From the IMG/VR virus record IMGVR_UViG_3300020169_000014, positions 1 to 64,000 of that record: DNA of 64,000 bases; one strand, written 5' to 3'. The DNA comes from an uncultured virus (IMG/VR IMGVR_UViG_3300020169_000014) (taxonomy: Duplodnaviria; Heunggongvirae; Uroviricota; Caudoviricetes). Within the stretch, counting starts at the first letter, position 1; each line of letters opens with the position of its first letter. Under the pieces are notes generated by a model that was not told the DNA's origin, searched no databases, and saw only the letters and a program-made list of their open reading frames with translations. The position numbers were made by a program, and so were the translations under genes. This document shows, in pieces, positions 7,809-18,143 of this stretch.

Positions 7809-9161
7809 CTACGCGAGAATATTGTCAACTCGGAAGATTCTGTAGTAAACATTGCTCTTAGCAGCGGCAAGACCGTTACTTGGAGTAGAACCGACAAACG
7901 GGTTAGACGCCATACCATAACGAGTCTTGAACCCGATACGTGGTTGGAAGTCATTCTCGCCAACGGCTTTAACCATTTGCAGTGGAACGTATGGGCAGTA
8001 GAATACACCTGCGTCATATGCGTTAGTACCTTTGTAACCTACAGTGATGTAGTCAGCAGAGGCATATGGGTCAATATAGACCTTAGTGCGACCGTTCAAA
8101 GTACCAGCAAAAGTATTACCAGTGTCATCAACCTGAAGGTTGGTAGACATTGCAGGAGTGTAGTCCAACATACCAGAAGCGGCAAGTGCAGTAGCAACGT
8201 CAGAAGAACAGATAACAACGTTACCCTTTCCACGGCGAGTTTCTTTTGCAATTACGTTTGCTTCGCGGTCGATCTGTACAACCAGACCCTTGAACTTCTC
8301 AGCAGACCAACGACCGTCAGCATCAGTTGACAAGTCAAAGATACCTTTAGTAGCAACGTTAGACTGGAGAGCACCAGTTTTTGCTTGACTGTTGATAGTA
8401 CGAACAACTTCACGGTTGATTTCCGCAAGGATCTCAGTAGAGAGGATGTTAGCAAGTTCAGTTTCTGCATCCAGACCATGGATTGCTTTCAGGTCTTGTG
8501 CAAGTTCTAAACTGTACTCAGCTTTCAACGCACGAGATACGGCAGTTACAGTTGCCTTCTCGATGGTGAAACCCATTTCTGCGAAAGGTGCACCAACACC
8601 ATCACCCAGTGCTTCAGCAGCAGCGGTAGTCATACCAGTTGCAGCAAGTGAAGTCAGACGAGAATCGTCTACACTTGAGTCAACAGTGCGAACACCAGTT
8701 GCAGAGTCATCAGAGATGCCGTTGAAACCAGAAGCGTTATCAGAATCGTGAGTACCGGTACGGTCACCAGAGAACTGAGTTTCTGCTTCTTGGAACAATG
8801 CTTCACGTGAAGAAGTTGAACCAGCACCATAACGTGCCTTCATCGCGAAGATGAGACCAGTTGGGCCAGACATTGGTTGAACGCCACATACGTCATATGC
8901 CATCAAGTTAGGCATTGCACGGCGAACGAGAGAGATCAATACTGGATCCCAGTTACCCGCAGAAGTGGTGTTGTTGCCCGGCGCAGCTTCGTTTAAAGAA
9001 CCGAAACCTGCGTGTTGAGCGCGTTCTTCCATCATTGCTTTCTCTTGGTTTTCCAAGATTGCAGCAGTAACAGCTCTACGTTGATGATCTTTAATCTCGC
9101 CAGCAGAACTTTCGTTCAGGACGGGAGCCCATTTTTCGATAAGAGTATCGTAAGAATTCAT
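7809..9161 (-). CDS. gp23: Major capsid protein
   Basis: KWAPVL, LVRRAMPNL, GVQPMSGPTGLIFAM, RALKAEYSLELAQDLKAIHGLDAE, YCPYVPL, FQPRIGFKTRYG. Confidence 0.98.
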   Translation of the reverse strand: MNSYDTLIEKWAPVLNESSAGEIKDHQRRAVTAAILENQEKAMMEERAQHAGFGSLNEAAPGNNTTSAGNWDPVLISLVRRAMPNLMAYDVCGVQPMSGPTGLIFAMKARYGAGSTSSREALFQEAETQFSGDRTGTHDSDNASGFNGISDDSATGVRTVDSSVDDSRLTSLAATGMTTAAAEALGDGVGAPFAEMGFTIEKATVTAVSRALKAEYSLELAQDLKAIHGLDAETELANILSTEILAEINREVVRTINSQAKTGALQSNVATKGIFDLSTDADGRWSAEKFKGLVVQIDREANVIAKETRRGKGNVVICSSDVATALAASGMLDYTPAMSTNLQVDDTGNTFAGTLNGRTKVYIDPYASADYITVGYKGTNAYDAGVFYCPYVPLQMVKAVGENDFQPRIGFKTRYGMASNPFVGSTPSNGLAAAKSNVYYRIFRVDNILA

Positions 9162-9173
9162 ATTGGTTATTCC

Positions 9174-10211
9174 TTATTGAGTTCTAGAAGTTTTTCTAAT
9201 TGCAGTGAGGTAAGAGTCCATGCTTGAAGACACTTCAACTGTTGTTTCAGGTTCCTCATCTACGGCAGCAACTTCTTCACTAATTTTTTGAGAAAAGTAA
9301 GATTCGCGGATAGTAGCAACTTTAGATGCGAATACTTCCGCACTTTCGAAATCGATACTTTCAACGAGACCTTTCAGTTTCTCGACTTGGGTGTCTGCCA
9401 AACCACGAGCGGCTTCAGCAATGATAGAATCACGCTTCAACACTTCGAGTTCTTCTGACAGTTTAATGGCCTCACCAGTTTGAGAATTTAACTTCTCTTC
9501 AAGTTCTTCAACTTGACCTGCGAGTTCATCAACTAGGTCTACCTTGGACTCAGGTACTTCGATGTGAGATTCTACGAATAGATCCTTCATCTTGTCCATA
9601 AAGTTCTCTGCGATTTCAGTACGGAGACCGTTCTGAACAGCAACTTTATTATCTTCCATCCAAGTTTCAACTACGTAGTTTAAGTAAGAATCAACTTTCT
9701 CAACAAGATCACTCTTAATAGACGCGACTTCTTCAGATAGTTCTTCTTGGTATTGTTCCTCTAAACGAGAAACTTCTTCGGACAGTTTAGATTTAACAGC
9801 AGCTTCAAAGATAACTGAAGTTTTCTCTTTGAACTCATCAGACAAAGTTGCCTCTGACTCTACGAGTGCATCAAGTTCACTTACTGTATCAATTTTTTCT
9901 GCAACTACTTCAACATCAAACTCGACATCTTCGCCCATCATTTTACCGTATGCAGCCTGAAGATCCATTTTTTTCATGGAGTTCATCTTCTGGTACATAG
10001 AGTTAATCATGCCCGCTTTTGTCTTGGGTAATGTTGCTTTCTTAGTTGCATCGGCCGCCTTATCTACTGACGCTACAGACTCAGGTTCAGTTACACCATC
10101 AGTTGATGTTGCGCCTGCGCCTTTAGGTTCTGCTTTTTCTTCGAGAGTTTCCTCCACGATTTCGTTAATATCATCGTGAAGTTCTACTTCGACATTAGTT
10201 TCATCAGTCAT
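9174..10211 (-). CDS. gp22: Prohead core scaffold protein
   Basis: Acidic coiled coil, IFEAAV, VDSYLNYVVETWM; between gp21 and gp23. Confidence 0.92.
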   Translation of the reverse strand: MTDETNVEVELHDDINEIVEETLEEKAEPKGAGATSTDGVTEPESVASVDKAADATKKATLPKTKAGMINSMYQKMNSMKKMDLQAAYGKMMGEDVEFDVEVVAEKIDTVSELDALVESEATLSDEFKEKTSVIFEAAVKSKLSEEVSRLEEQYQEELSEEVASIKSDLVEKVDSYLNYVVETWMEDNKVAVQNGLRTEIAENFMDKMKDLFVESHIEVPESKVDLVDELAGQVEELEEKLNSQTGEAIKLSEELEVLKRDSIIAEAARGLADTQVEKLKGLVESIDFESAEVFASKVATIRESYFSQKISEEVAAVDEEPETTVEVSSSMDSYLTAIRKTSRTQ

Positions 10212-10221
10212 TATAGACTCC

Positions 10222-10881
10222 TTACATATTAGATTTGATTAACGAGAGGAAATTTTTAAACTCACGAATTTGAACAGCAGAACTGTACGCCTTCGGTGCA
10301 TTTTTGATTTCTGTCTCCATATCTTCAATTATCTGTTGTTCCAAAATACCGTTATTCCAGATCCAATCCACACCTTCCATAATACCATTAACAAAAGCAT
10401 CAGGTGCGGAGGGGTCTTGTACTATGTCGATAGTTGCAAGGTGAAAATCTTCACCAACATATGCGACACCATTTCGGTTCACTAGACTTCCCATACCACG
10501 AGTTGACACACCTAGTTGAACACCACCTTCTAGAAGACCTTGAACGATCTTACCCATCGGAGTATCCAATATTTGTGCCTTTCCGACCACATCATTTCCC
10601 TCAAATCTGAGGTCAGTGATGAGATGCGAAACTTTATCCAAGTTAACAGTTGGGCCTTCGGGGTGATTCAATTCACCGACCGCACGTTTCTTGCTAACTT
10701 GTTCGGTAACGTACTTATTTACAGCACGTTCCATAATTGCTTTGGGGTAAATTCGCCCATTGCGATTCTTTTGATCTGCTTGAGCGAATACGCCCTCGAT
10801 GACATATTTCTTGGCACCGTCTTCTTTCTTTTCTACGATACACTGAATGTCGTTTTCGTAGTATTCGCTAATCAGTTTCAT
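10222..10881 (-). CDS. gp21: Prohead protease
   Basis: NRNGRIYP, GELNHP, GVSTRGMGS, DIVQDPSAPDA. Confidence 0.96.
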   Translation of the reverse strand: MKLISEYYENDIQCIVEKKEDGAKKYVIEGVFAQADQKNRNGRIYPKAIMERAVNKYVTEQVSKKRAVGELNHPEGPTVNLDKVSHLITDLRFEGNDVVGKAQILDTPMGKIVQGLLEGGVQLGVSTRGMGSLVNRNGVAYVGEDFHLATIDIVQDPSAPDAFVNGIMEGVDWIWNNGILEQQIIEDMETEIKNAPKAYSSAVQIREFKNFLSLIKSNM

Positions 10882-11081
10882 TTTAATTCCTTTACGACTG
10901 TCTTTGCAGTCTTCTCAGCTTCTTTTTGATCCTTGAAGGTGTCTAACATATCACCGTCAATATACAAAACGAAACCCTTCGAGTCTTTCACGATCTTAAC
11001 AGGTACTTTATCGATCTTCTTATTGAAGACGACTTTACCTTTGGAAGCGACAGCTTCTCTTAATTGACCGAATGTTTTCAT
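10878..11081 (-). CDS. Small protein in the gp68 position (putative prohead core protein)
   Basis: Stop overlaps the gp21 start (ATGA-type coupling); upstream late promoter; MKTF-type start. Confidence 0.6.
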   Translation of the reverse strand: MKTFGQLREAVASKGKVVFNKKIDKVPVKIVKDSKGFVLYIDGDMLDTFKDQKEAEKTAKTVVKELK

Positions 11082-11105
11082 TTTAAGTTTTTCCGTTTAT
11101 GGTAT

Positions 11106-11113
11106 TATTTATA
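11106..11113 (-). promoter_or_regulatory. T4-type late promoter
   Basis: TATAAATA on the minus strand, intergenic. Confidence 0.75.
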
Positions 11114-11139
11114 CAAATTCCATCTTTAACAATAAACTT

Positions 11140-11403
11140 TTATTCGATATCGTCAGACTCGTATTCTGTTTCATCTTCTATTTCATCTTCGATGAGATCG
11201 TCATCTTCGAAGTCTATCTCCAGTTGATCTTCTTCTGCACCGTTAAAGATAGTGTCTGCAACAGAAATCTTTTCAACTTCCAATGCGTCATGCATCTTAT
11301 CAGCCAACACGGCATCTAAAGAACCCTGTGCTGAGTTAAAATCTTGTTGTTGGATCGCATCAATCAAATCATGGATGGGATTAGTTTCTACTTCTTCAGT
11401 CAT
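11140..11403 (-). CDS. Acidic prohead core protein (gp67-like position)
   Basis: Very acidic 87-aa ORF immediately after the portal gene. Confidence 0.65.
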   Translation of the reverse strand: MTEEVETNPIHDLIDAIQQQDFNSAQGSLDAVLADKMHDALEVEKISVADTIFNGAEEDQLEIDFEDDDLIEDEIEDETEYESDDIE

Positions 11404-11405
11404 AG

Positions 11406-12929
11406 TTATACTCCAAGGTCTTCTTCATTATCATCTCCGCCCTTTGCGTTCTCGGCTTCGACTTGGTTTTTCATTTCTTCAATATCATCATCAGACATCA
11501 TCATGACATTCTTCATTACCCACTCACGTGAGAAGTATTCACCTACGTACTGTGATACTTGGTCAAGGGTACTTAGTCTTTCTCTAAGTATCTCAGAATC
11601 CTTCAACTCGGTGAAATGATTATCACGAACAAAGTCTATCTGGATATCATTCTTCCAAATATCCCAATCCTGTTCTGTACAGATACCTTTGAGGATTAAT
11701 TGTTTCTTCAGGATACCAGTGAATAGGCCAGAAAAACGTTTACGTAATCTATCGATAAACTTCTGGAATTTAACTTCATCCCTAGAAATCTCGGTAGAAC
11801 GACCCAGACTAAACTGTGACTCTTGTTCTAAACGGTTGATAGGTACATTCAAAGAACGATACAATCTCTTCTGGAAGTATACAATATCGTCAATCTGCCC
11901 AAGGTTCTCACCGCCAGGTAGTGTACTAATCTCGGTACCACGACCACCTTCTCTACGAGGTAACCAGAAGTCCTCCAACATAGACATATGTTTACGGTCA
12001 TCTTTAAGGTTACCGGTACTCGCATCGTATACTAACTTATTACGATAACGACCCATGATATCCTTCATGTGTTGTTCTGCTTTGTTAGCAGGTAAGTTAC
12101 CAACATCAATATAAAAGATTCTACGTTCTGGTGCACGTGCGAGACGATAAATTACCAGACTATCTTCCATCATACGTAACTGGTTGATGGGTTTAATTGC
12201 TTTCTGTAAGTAAGATAAAATACGTTTCTTACTAGGATCTGTAAGACCCGAAGTCACATATGATACTGCATCCGGAGAAATCTTTACCGCACTCTGCGTA
12301 GAACTCTTCTCTTGGAACACGTAGAACTCTTCGGTTTTATCTACGATCTTTGCACCAGTCAGTGTATCTTTTTTATACTTTACTTCTTTTACTTTACGAA
12401 TCTTGGGGGTGTCTATAGGACGGATCTCTTGGATACCGGCCTTCGCATTAGATTCGTTTACTACTAAGTGATGGACAAGACGACCGTCAATATACCATGA
12501 ACGGAATATGTCGTGTCCCATCTCGGAAAAGTTTAACATGGAACATATCCCATCAAACTCTTCTACCATTAATTTTTTAATTTTATCTGACGTTTCGATA
12601 CCGTCTAGATTCAGTTCTACAGGAGAGGTTGTCTCCGAACCAGAAATACTTTCGTTTACAATATCTTCAATCGCTGCGTCAACTTCTGGATGGTTGGCCA
12701 CACCGCGATACTTCATGATGAGTTCTGCATTGTCCTTTGCGTTATCACCATTAATGTCAATGTACTGACCATAGTGAGAACCAGACGCAGTTACATAACC
12801 CGCACCATCGTCATCCGCTTTCGGAACGATAGAAGGTAATTTATCATTTTCTTTACCGGTTTCTTTTTTCGATGCTCTTTTGAGTTCGAAACCGAATAAT
12901 TTCATAATACTGTTATTGTCGTCTGCCAT
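11406..12929 (-). CDS. gp20: Portal protein
   Basis: WYIDGR, NQLRMMEDSLVIYRLARAPERRIFYIDVGNLP, EDFWLPRREGGRGTEI. Confidence 0.98.
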   Translation of the reverse strand: MADDNNSIMKLFGFELKRASKKETGKENDKLPSIVPKADDDGAGYVTASGSHYGQYIDINGDNAKDNAELIMKYRGVANHPEVDAAIEDIVNESISGSETTSPVELNLDGIETSDKIKKLMVEEFDGICSMLNFSEMGHDIFRSWYIDGRLVHHLVVNESNAKAGIQEIRPIDTPKIRKVKEVKYKKDTLTGAKIVDKTEEFYVFQEKSSTQSAVKISPDAVSYVTSGLTDPSKKRILSYLQKAIKPINQLRMMEDSLVIYRLARAPERRIFYIDVGNLPANKAEQHMKDIMGRYRNKLVYDASTGNLKDDRKHMSMLEDFWLPRREGGRGTEISTLPGGENLGQIDDIVYFQKRLYRSLNVPINRLEQESQFSLGRSTEISRDEVKFQKFIDRLRKRFSGLFTGILKKQLILKGICTEQDWDIWKNDIQIDFVRDNHFTELKDSEILRERLSTLDQVSQYVGEYFSREWVMKNVMMMSDDDIEEMKNQVEAENAKGGDDNEEDLGV

Positions 12930-12943
12930 CTTTGCCTCAAAGT

Positions 12944-12979
12944 AAAAATAATACGCAGGGGGAAAATCCCCCTACGCAT
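12944..12979 (-). terminator. Rho-independent terminator-like hairpin after gp19
   Basis: Minus strand ATGCGTAGGGGGA-TTT-TCCCCCTGCGTAT followed by TATTTTT. Confidence 0.75.
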
Positions 12980-12994
12980 ATATTTAGTCACAAC

Positions 12995-13522
12995 TTAACT
13001 AGTTGTGCCTGACTCCCAATATTGTACTTGGAATGTTACGGTAAACTCTTCGATAGTGTCTACTGTATCATAGTTCAAGTCAATAGCAGAAATCACGGTT
13101 GGGAAACAAGAACGGAAGTTGTAAGTCTTAATTACAAGTCCATCTTTGTCCAACTGGTCTACTGACAGGTCAGTTTGGTAATCCGCAGGATCATTGAATC
13201 CGGTATTCGCATTGTGCGAATTGATACCGTTCATCCAACGTTCCATTGCATCACGTATTTCAAAACCTGTGTCGTTAATGACGGTTACTGTCCACTCTTC
13301 GAATGTACGGTCACCGGCAATCTTCAGTTGACGACCACGGAAAGGTACCGTGATCGGAGCAACGTTAGAAGAAGGTAACTGTGCACCCTTCACCATGAAA
13401 GAAGTCAGTTCTGCATCACCAAGGGCATATGCAGGAAAGTTCAACTTACAGTTGAAGAGGTTAGGACGAGCACCACCGCCTTTTAGTTTTGATTTAAAAT
13501 CATCTACACCTAAAATAGCCAT
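12995..13522 (-). CDS. gp19: Tail tube protein
   Basis: GGARPNLF, FRGRQLKIAGDRTFEEWTVTVIND, IEEFTVTF. Confidence 0.96.
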   Translation of the reverse strand: MAILGVDDFKSKLKGGGARPNLFNCKLNFPAYALGDAELTSFMVKGAQLPSSNVAPITVPFRGRQLKIAGDRTFEEWTVTVINDTGFEIRDAMERWMNGINSHNANTGFNDPADYQTDLSVDQLDKDGLVIKTYNFRSCFPTVISAIDLNYDTVDTIEEFTVTFQVQYWESGTTS

Positions 13523-13526
13523 TGTA

Positions 13527-15335
13527 TTATGCTCCTACCGTGCCGATAACTTCTTCAAAGTCCACACCACTTCTAACAGCAACAAAGTTCAATTGAACGA
13601 AGTTGATAGAACGTGCGGGTTTAACGAAGATACTTGCAACAAATTGGTTATTGTCCACAACTTCTTGATTGTTGTTTGTTTCATCACATACAACACGGAA
13701 GTCAGTTATACCTCTACGACCCTTAACTCTACGGAGGAAAGGTTCAACGATATTTACGAACTCTGCACGAGTAAACTCGTCATTGAATTCGAACATCACG
13801 TTTTTCGCAGCTTCACCAATAGACTTCTCAATCGCAATAAACAAACGTCTTACGTTGATACGGTCAAAGGCAGAAGGTCGGCTTTCCAACGTCTTATCAC
13901 CAAACAAGATCAGACCAGTGCCTGGAATGTTTGCGATAGGGTTGACACCTGCTTTATACAGAGAATCACGTTGGGTTTGATTAGGGTTAGTTAAGATATC
14001 GGTAACACCACGATAATTACCACGTCTCTGTCCGGCAGGTGAGTACCAAGGATCTGCGATAATGTCAGTAGCAGCCATCAGACCCGCAGTGCTTGAAGCA
14101 GCAGGGATGTTGATGTACTTGTCGTTGTACTTATCAAAGATCTTGATGAAGTTGTTATCGACAATTAAGTAAGAGGATTTAGTTAATCCGCCAACGAAGG
14201 AAACCGCATTGGTTGTTGCTTGTGCATCGGTCTTACCCACAAGATTGTCTCTGTCTACAGAAGTTATTACAACACAATCTTTACGTGCAGTTGCAATTGA
14301 CGTTAGGTCATTTGTAACAGTCGCGCCTTGTGCGGCAGTTGGGTGCATAGGAGCAATCAGGAAGTCAATCTCGGTAGTGAGTTTGTCTTCGAACAGATCG
14401 TAACCTTCTGAGATATCGCCAGTAGATAGAGTTGCAGACGCTTGTCCACCACCAAGATTTACTGTACGAACACCATCTACAAGAGCTGCACCGAGACCAT
14501 AGTTGGTCGCAGTATCTACATCAGGAGTAGTTCCCCAGTTTCCGCCAAGATCTAAGAAGTCAGAACCGAAGGCAGAGTCATCACCGAAGTAACCATTCCA
14601 GATATACTGAGAGTTTGCATTCAGTACGTCAGAGATATAGTTAGGTGAATTGTCAGGAGTTACTGCGCCTTTAGCAACAGAGAGATATTCAAACTTTTCA
14701 AGAACTGCACCAACAGTACCAGAGATTAGACCGGTACGGTCAATAATAGCAACGTGAACTTCGTCATTAGATGCACCATTGCTGGTTGCATAAGTAGAAG
14801 ATCCGGGCGCGCCATTGAACTGTGATGCGTATGACCAACCAGTAAAGTGATCAACACTTGCAGAGTCGCCAGCAGGACAGAAAGATACAGTCAAAGCGTT
14901 ACCAATGTCGCCTGGATATTTTGCAATCCAAGTACCACTAGAAGTTTTTGAAACACCTTCACCTACTGCGTCTTTGACAGTATTTTCCCAGTGAGAGCCA
15001 TTGTTGACAATCATAGAGTTAAGGTCAGAGTCACCTGCAAGTTTGGTCACTGCACCGTGTGCGTTTTGTCCACCATTGTTCTCGCGAACAACTTGAAGAG
15101 TTTGTGAGTATTTTAAGAAATACGCAGCGGAATGAAAATCCACTGAGTTCGTGTCGTTAGGTGCGGCAAATGCAGTAACTAAACCCGTCTCGTCAGAGAT
15201 AAGAGTTCGTTCATGCACAGGGCCCCAACGGAAGTTTCCTACGAAACCAGCACCAGAAGCACCGACAGCAGGCACGATTGCCGTTTTGTCGATCTCACTG
15301 ATATTGATCCGTGGAGATGCGGGTTTTACAGCCAT
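13527..15335 (-). CDS. gp18: Tail sheath protein
   Basis: SPRINISEID, FRWGP, PWYSPAG, FGDKT, FDRINVRRLF, FEFNDEFTR, KPARSINF. Confidence 0.97.
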   Translation of the reverse strand: MAVKPASPRINISEIDKTAIVPAVGASGAGFVGNFRWGPVHERTLISDETGLVTAFAAPNDTNSVDFHSAAYFLKYSQTLQVVRENNGGQNAHGAVTKLAGDSDLNSMIVNNGSHWENTVKDAVGEGVSKTSSGTWIAKYPGDIGNALTVSFCPAGDSASVDHFTGWSYASQFNGAPGSSTYATSNGASNDEVHVAIIDRTGLISGTVGAVLEKFEYLSVAKGAVTPDNSPNYISDVLNANSQYIWNGYFGDDSAFGSDFLDLGGNWGTTPDVDTATNYGLGAALVDGVRTVNLGGGQASATLSTGDISEGYDLFEDKLTTEIDFLIAPMHPTAAQGATVTNDLTSIATARKDCVVITSVDRDNLVGKTDAQATTNAVSFVGGLTKSSYLIVDNNFIKIFDKYNDKYINIPAASSTAGLMAATDIIADPWYSPAGQRRGNYRGVTDILTNPNQTQRDSLYKAGVNPIANIPGTGLILFGDKTLESRPSAFDRINVRRLFIAIEKSIGEAAKNVMFEFNDEFTRAEFVNIVEPFLRRVKGRRGITDFRVVCDETNNNQEVVDNNQFVASIFVKPARSINFVQLNFVAVRSGVDFEEVIGTVGA

Positions 15336-15401
15336 AGCATTTTCCTTTAGTTTCGTTAACGAATGATAAGTAAATCATAATACGGTTATTTTCAATACTA
15401 G

Positions 15402-15409
15402 TATTTATA
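15402..15409 (-). promoter_or_regulatory. T4-type late promoter upstream of gp18
   Basis: TATAAATA on the minus strand. Confidence 0.8.
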
Positions 15410-15422
15410 AGAATACTATTCT

Positions 15423-17030
15423 CTACCAGTCTCGATCACCTATCGTGTCTATAGAGTGCCATCCTTGGTATGTGTTATCTTGTTCTTCGATATAATCCGA
15501 TCCATCATCAATGAAACCGAACGGTACTATATCATTTTCTATTGCGGACATCTTATCTCGGAACATCATGTCCTTTAGATTAATGTCTGTCATATCCGCA
15601 AAGAATTGGGTGGATACGAAATATCCAAACATCACTAGGTTCATCATAAGGTCATCGTGGTTACCACTAGAGGCTTCGTATGATTGTCCTTTACCTATGA
15701 ATGTTGATATCTCTAGGATGGTGTTCTCATCCACTATGTTTATTTTGTTTGTTTCTATAATGTCTTTGATTGAGGAACACCCAAGTCTCTTGACTTTTCG
15801 GTTCATTTCTATACCGAGTGCGTCTGCCTTGGTTGCACTGGAGGTGTGGAGGTTCTCATATTCTAAGTCATAATATAGTCCATTACAAACTACTGTACCC
15901 TGATCATTTGATTCAACGACTACCCACGATTGATTGTAGAGATTCGCATACTTATATATAATGTTAGGAAAGAGTAGTGGAGAAATAGTATTGCACCGAT
16001 ACACCGCGACTTGTTTGAAAGGTCGTGAGGTAATATCGATTACGTTAAACGTAGAATAATCCTGTCCTCTTCCCTTCGATACATCAACTGCCATGATGTA
16101 TTCGTAATCCTTAATTGGTTCGTCATATATAAGGCAGTCACCCCCTTCAAGAACACTTGAAGGATTTTGTGCTCTGAGACCCATCAGGGTTTCTGCACCT
16201 ATGAGTGTATCACCCGTACCAAAGAAAGTATTACCAAATTCTTGGTCGAACTGTAATTGAGAAGTGTTCGCAATTGTTTGCAACTTCCATTTCTCATCCC
16301 TGCCCGGCACATCCCACCAATCCACACGGAATGGTTGGTATGCATTCGTTCCTTGAACGGCACCAGTCCAAATCTTTTCGTACTGATTACCAATACCATT
16401 TGCGGTAGAGGTGATGATTACTTTGGTGTCTTTACCCGAAGATACAACAGGATACGTTGACGTATAGAACTCAGCCGCATTCTCAACGAAAGCAAACTCA
16501 TCGAGAAAAAGAAGATTAACAGACATACCACGAATAGAAGACCCACTAGTAGCAGCGGCAATGATTCTAGAATTATTACTAAACTCAATAGAACCTTTGT
16601 TGAGTGCCTTACAACCCGGCTGCAAAAAGAAAGGAAGGTTTTCCAACATGAGTGTAACACGTGCGAGCATCTCTCGTGCGGTTGCACCTTTGTTTGCAAG
16701 TACTGCGATAGTTTTCTCGGAATGGAAACAAGCATACCATAGAAGGTACCCAACCGAACTGATTGACTTACCGGATTGACGACATGCAAGTACGATAGAG
16801 AAACGATTCTTTTCGAAATGGTCAAACATCTTTTCTTGATATTCGTATAAATCAAAATTAACCAGACCACGGTCAAGATGCACCACCTTTACGTATGTAC
16901 GACAGAAGTGTACGGGGTCTCCCATACACTTTTGGTATTCTTTTATCTTCTCTTCTGTCCAATTCTCGGCAACCCCATCCCGCTTCACCATTGGGTTTCC
17001 GAGGTAGCTCTCTTTAGTCTGAGTCGTCAT
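15423..17030 (-). CDS. gp17: Terminase large subunit
   Basis: RQSGKS Walker A, LFLDEFAF Walker B, ITSTANG, DVSKGRGQDYS, HDDLMM. Confidence 0.97.
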   Translation of the reverse strand: MTTQTKESYLGNPMVKRDGVAENWTEEKIKEYQKCMGDPVHFCRTYVKVVHLDRGLVNFDLYEYQEKMFDHFEKNRFSIVLACRQSGKSISSVGYLLWYACFHSEKTIAVLANKGATAREMLARVTLMLENLPFFLQPGCKALNKGSIEFSNNSRIIAAATSGSSIRGMSVNLLFLDEFAFVENAAEFYTSTYPVVSSGKDTKVIITSTANGIGNQYEKIWTGAVQGTNAYQPFRVDWWDVPGRDEKWKLQTIANTSQLQFDQEFGNTFFGTGDTLIGAETLMGLRAQNPSSVLEGGDCLIYDEPIKDYEYIMAVDVSKGRGQDYSTFNVIDITSRPFKQVAVYRCNTISPLLFPNIIYKYANLYNQSWVVVESNDQGTVVCNGLYYDLEYENLHTSSATKADALGIEMNRKVKRLGCSSIKDIIETNKINIVDENTILEISTFIGKGQSYEASSGNHDDLMMNLVMFGYFVSTQFFADMTDINLKDMMFRDKMSAIENDIVPFGFIDDGSDYIEEQDNTYQGWHSIDTIGDRDW

Positions 17031-17367
17031 GCGGGATCACTTGTTTCTCATTCTGTAAAAATCGTTGGAGTTCGGTTGTTGAACCCAGAAAAACATTGTT
17101 GGTGGTATTACCTCTATTCTCCAGAGCTGGAACATCAGACTTCTCGACATCCTTTTTCTTTTTCTGGAGATCCATTAACTTATCGTTAACATCAGCAATA
17201 CCTTTTATCATACCAGACAATACTTCGAATGCGCGAGGGTGTTCACTCTCACGTGCAACTTCAATCATGAGTTCCAGAGATTCACGTCCCTTTTCAATTA
17301 GGTCGTAGTAGGTCTCTCTAGAATAGTCATAATCACTTTTGATGTTATCATTACTATCATCTGACAT
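17014..17367 (-). CDS. gp16: Terminase small subunit
   Basis: DYDYSR, ESEHPRAFEV, NNVFLGSTTELQ. Confidence 0.92.
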   Translation of the reverse strand: MSDDSNDNIKSDYDYSRETYYDLIEKGRESLELMIEVARESEHPRAFEVLSGMIKGIADVNDKLMDLQKKKKDVEKSDVPALENRGNTTNNVFLGSTTELQRFLQNEKQVIPHDDSD

Positions 17368-18143
17368 TAAAATGCACTATCCAAATATAATTCTAAAAAT
17401 CCATAGTCGCTATCTGCACTAATTCCAACCGGAGTTGGTGTAGTTTGGATGCGTGTGTGAAACAGATCTCCGTCTGCTCCTATAGTATATAGATTATTAT
17501 TAACTTCGCGTATGACCGGTGATTGTGAGGTTGGGCCGTAGAAGTTTATTTTCATACCGAATGATAGTGTGTATATGATGGTTCTTCGATCACCAACAGA
17601 ACCTTCAAAGTCGTCCGAGAAAGATATTGCCTGTAATGTAATAGGTACGTCTTCTTTTATCTCGGGGAACTCTGAACTGAAAGGTTTTACACCAACCGTA
17701 TATGATGGGTTGAAATATGGTATAATCTGTTCGACCATTTGCAATGCGTCATCTTGACTCTTTGCATATACGTTGACATCAAATGTCATATCATATGGTA
17801 CGGACACATAGAAGTTATTACGTTTAGTCTCACTACCTTGCAGTGTTGTCGAGAACGTATTTGTCTTGGGTAGTTGTCTCTGAGGGTCATACGCCATAGA
17901 AGTAATCTCGAAAGACATCCGAGGCAACTTAATTGCAACTCTACGTTCCTGTTCTTCACCTTCTCTCATTTCCTGAAGACGTTGAATGAAACTTCTCTTG
18001 GGGGCATATGATAACGGAACTTTGACTTGAGAGATAGTCTCTCCTGCCGAGTTAGTTCTCAACACATATATGTTATTAAATAAAGAACCGAATACGGATA
18101 CCGCAGTTCTTACTCTCTTGTGATAAAAATGTGTTCCGAACAT
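17367..18143 (-). CDS. gp15: Tail sheath stabilizer / completion protein
   Basis: FGSLFNNI, KVPLSYAPK, LPRMSFE, QMVEQIIPYFNP. Confidence 0.93.
   Translation of the reverse strand: MFGTHFYHKRVRTAVSVFGSLFNNIYVLRTNSAGETISQVKVPLSYAPKRSFIQRLQEMREGEEQERRVAIKLPRMSFEITSMAYDPQRQLPKTNTFSTTLQGSETKRNNFYVSVPYDMTFDVNVYAKSQDDALQMVEQIIPYFNPSYTVGVKPFSSEFPEIKEDVPITLQAISFSDDFEGSVGDRRTIIYTLSFGMKINFYGPTSQSPVIREVNNNLYTIGADGDLFHTRIQTTPTPVGISADSDYGFLELYLDSAF

Noticed and set aside
7128..9161. Absence of gp24 vertex, hoc and soc next to gp23
   Set aside because: Common in marine T4-like phages, and they could lie outside the window.
7809..17030. Introns, inteins or homing endonucleases in gp17, gp18, gp20 or gp23
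   Set aside because: ORFs are uninterrupted and of ordinary length; no LAGLIDADG, HNH, GIY-YIG or intein splice motifs seen.
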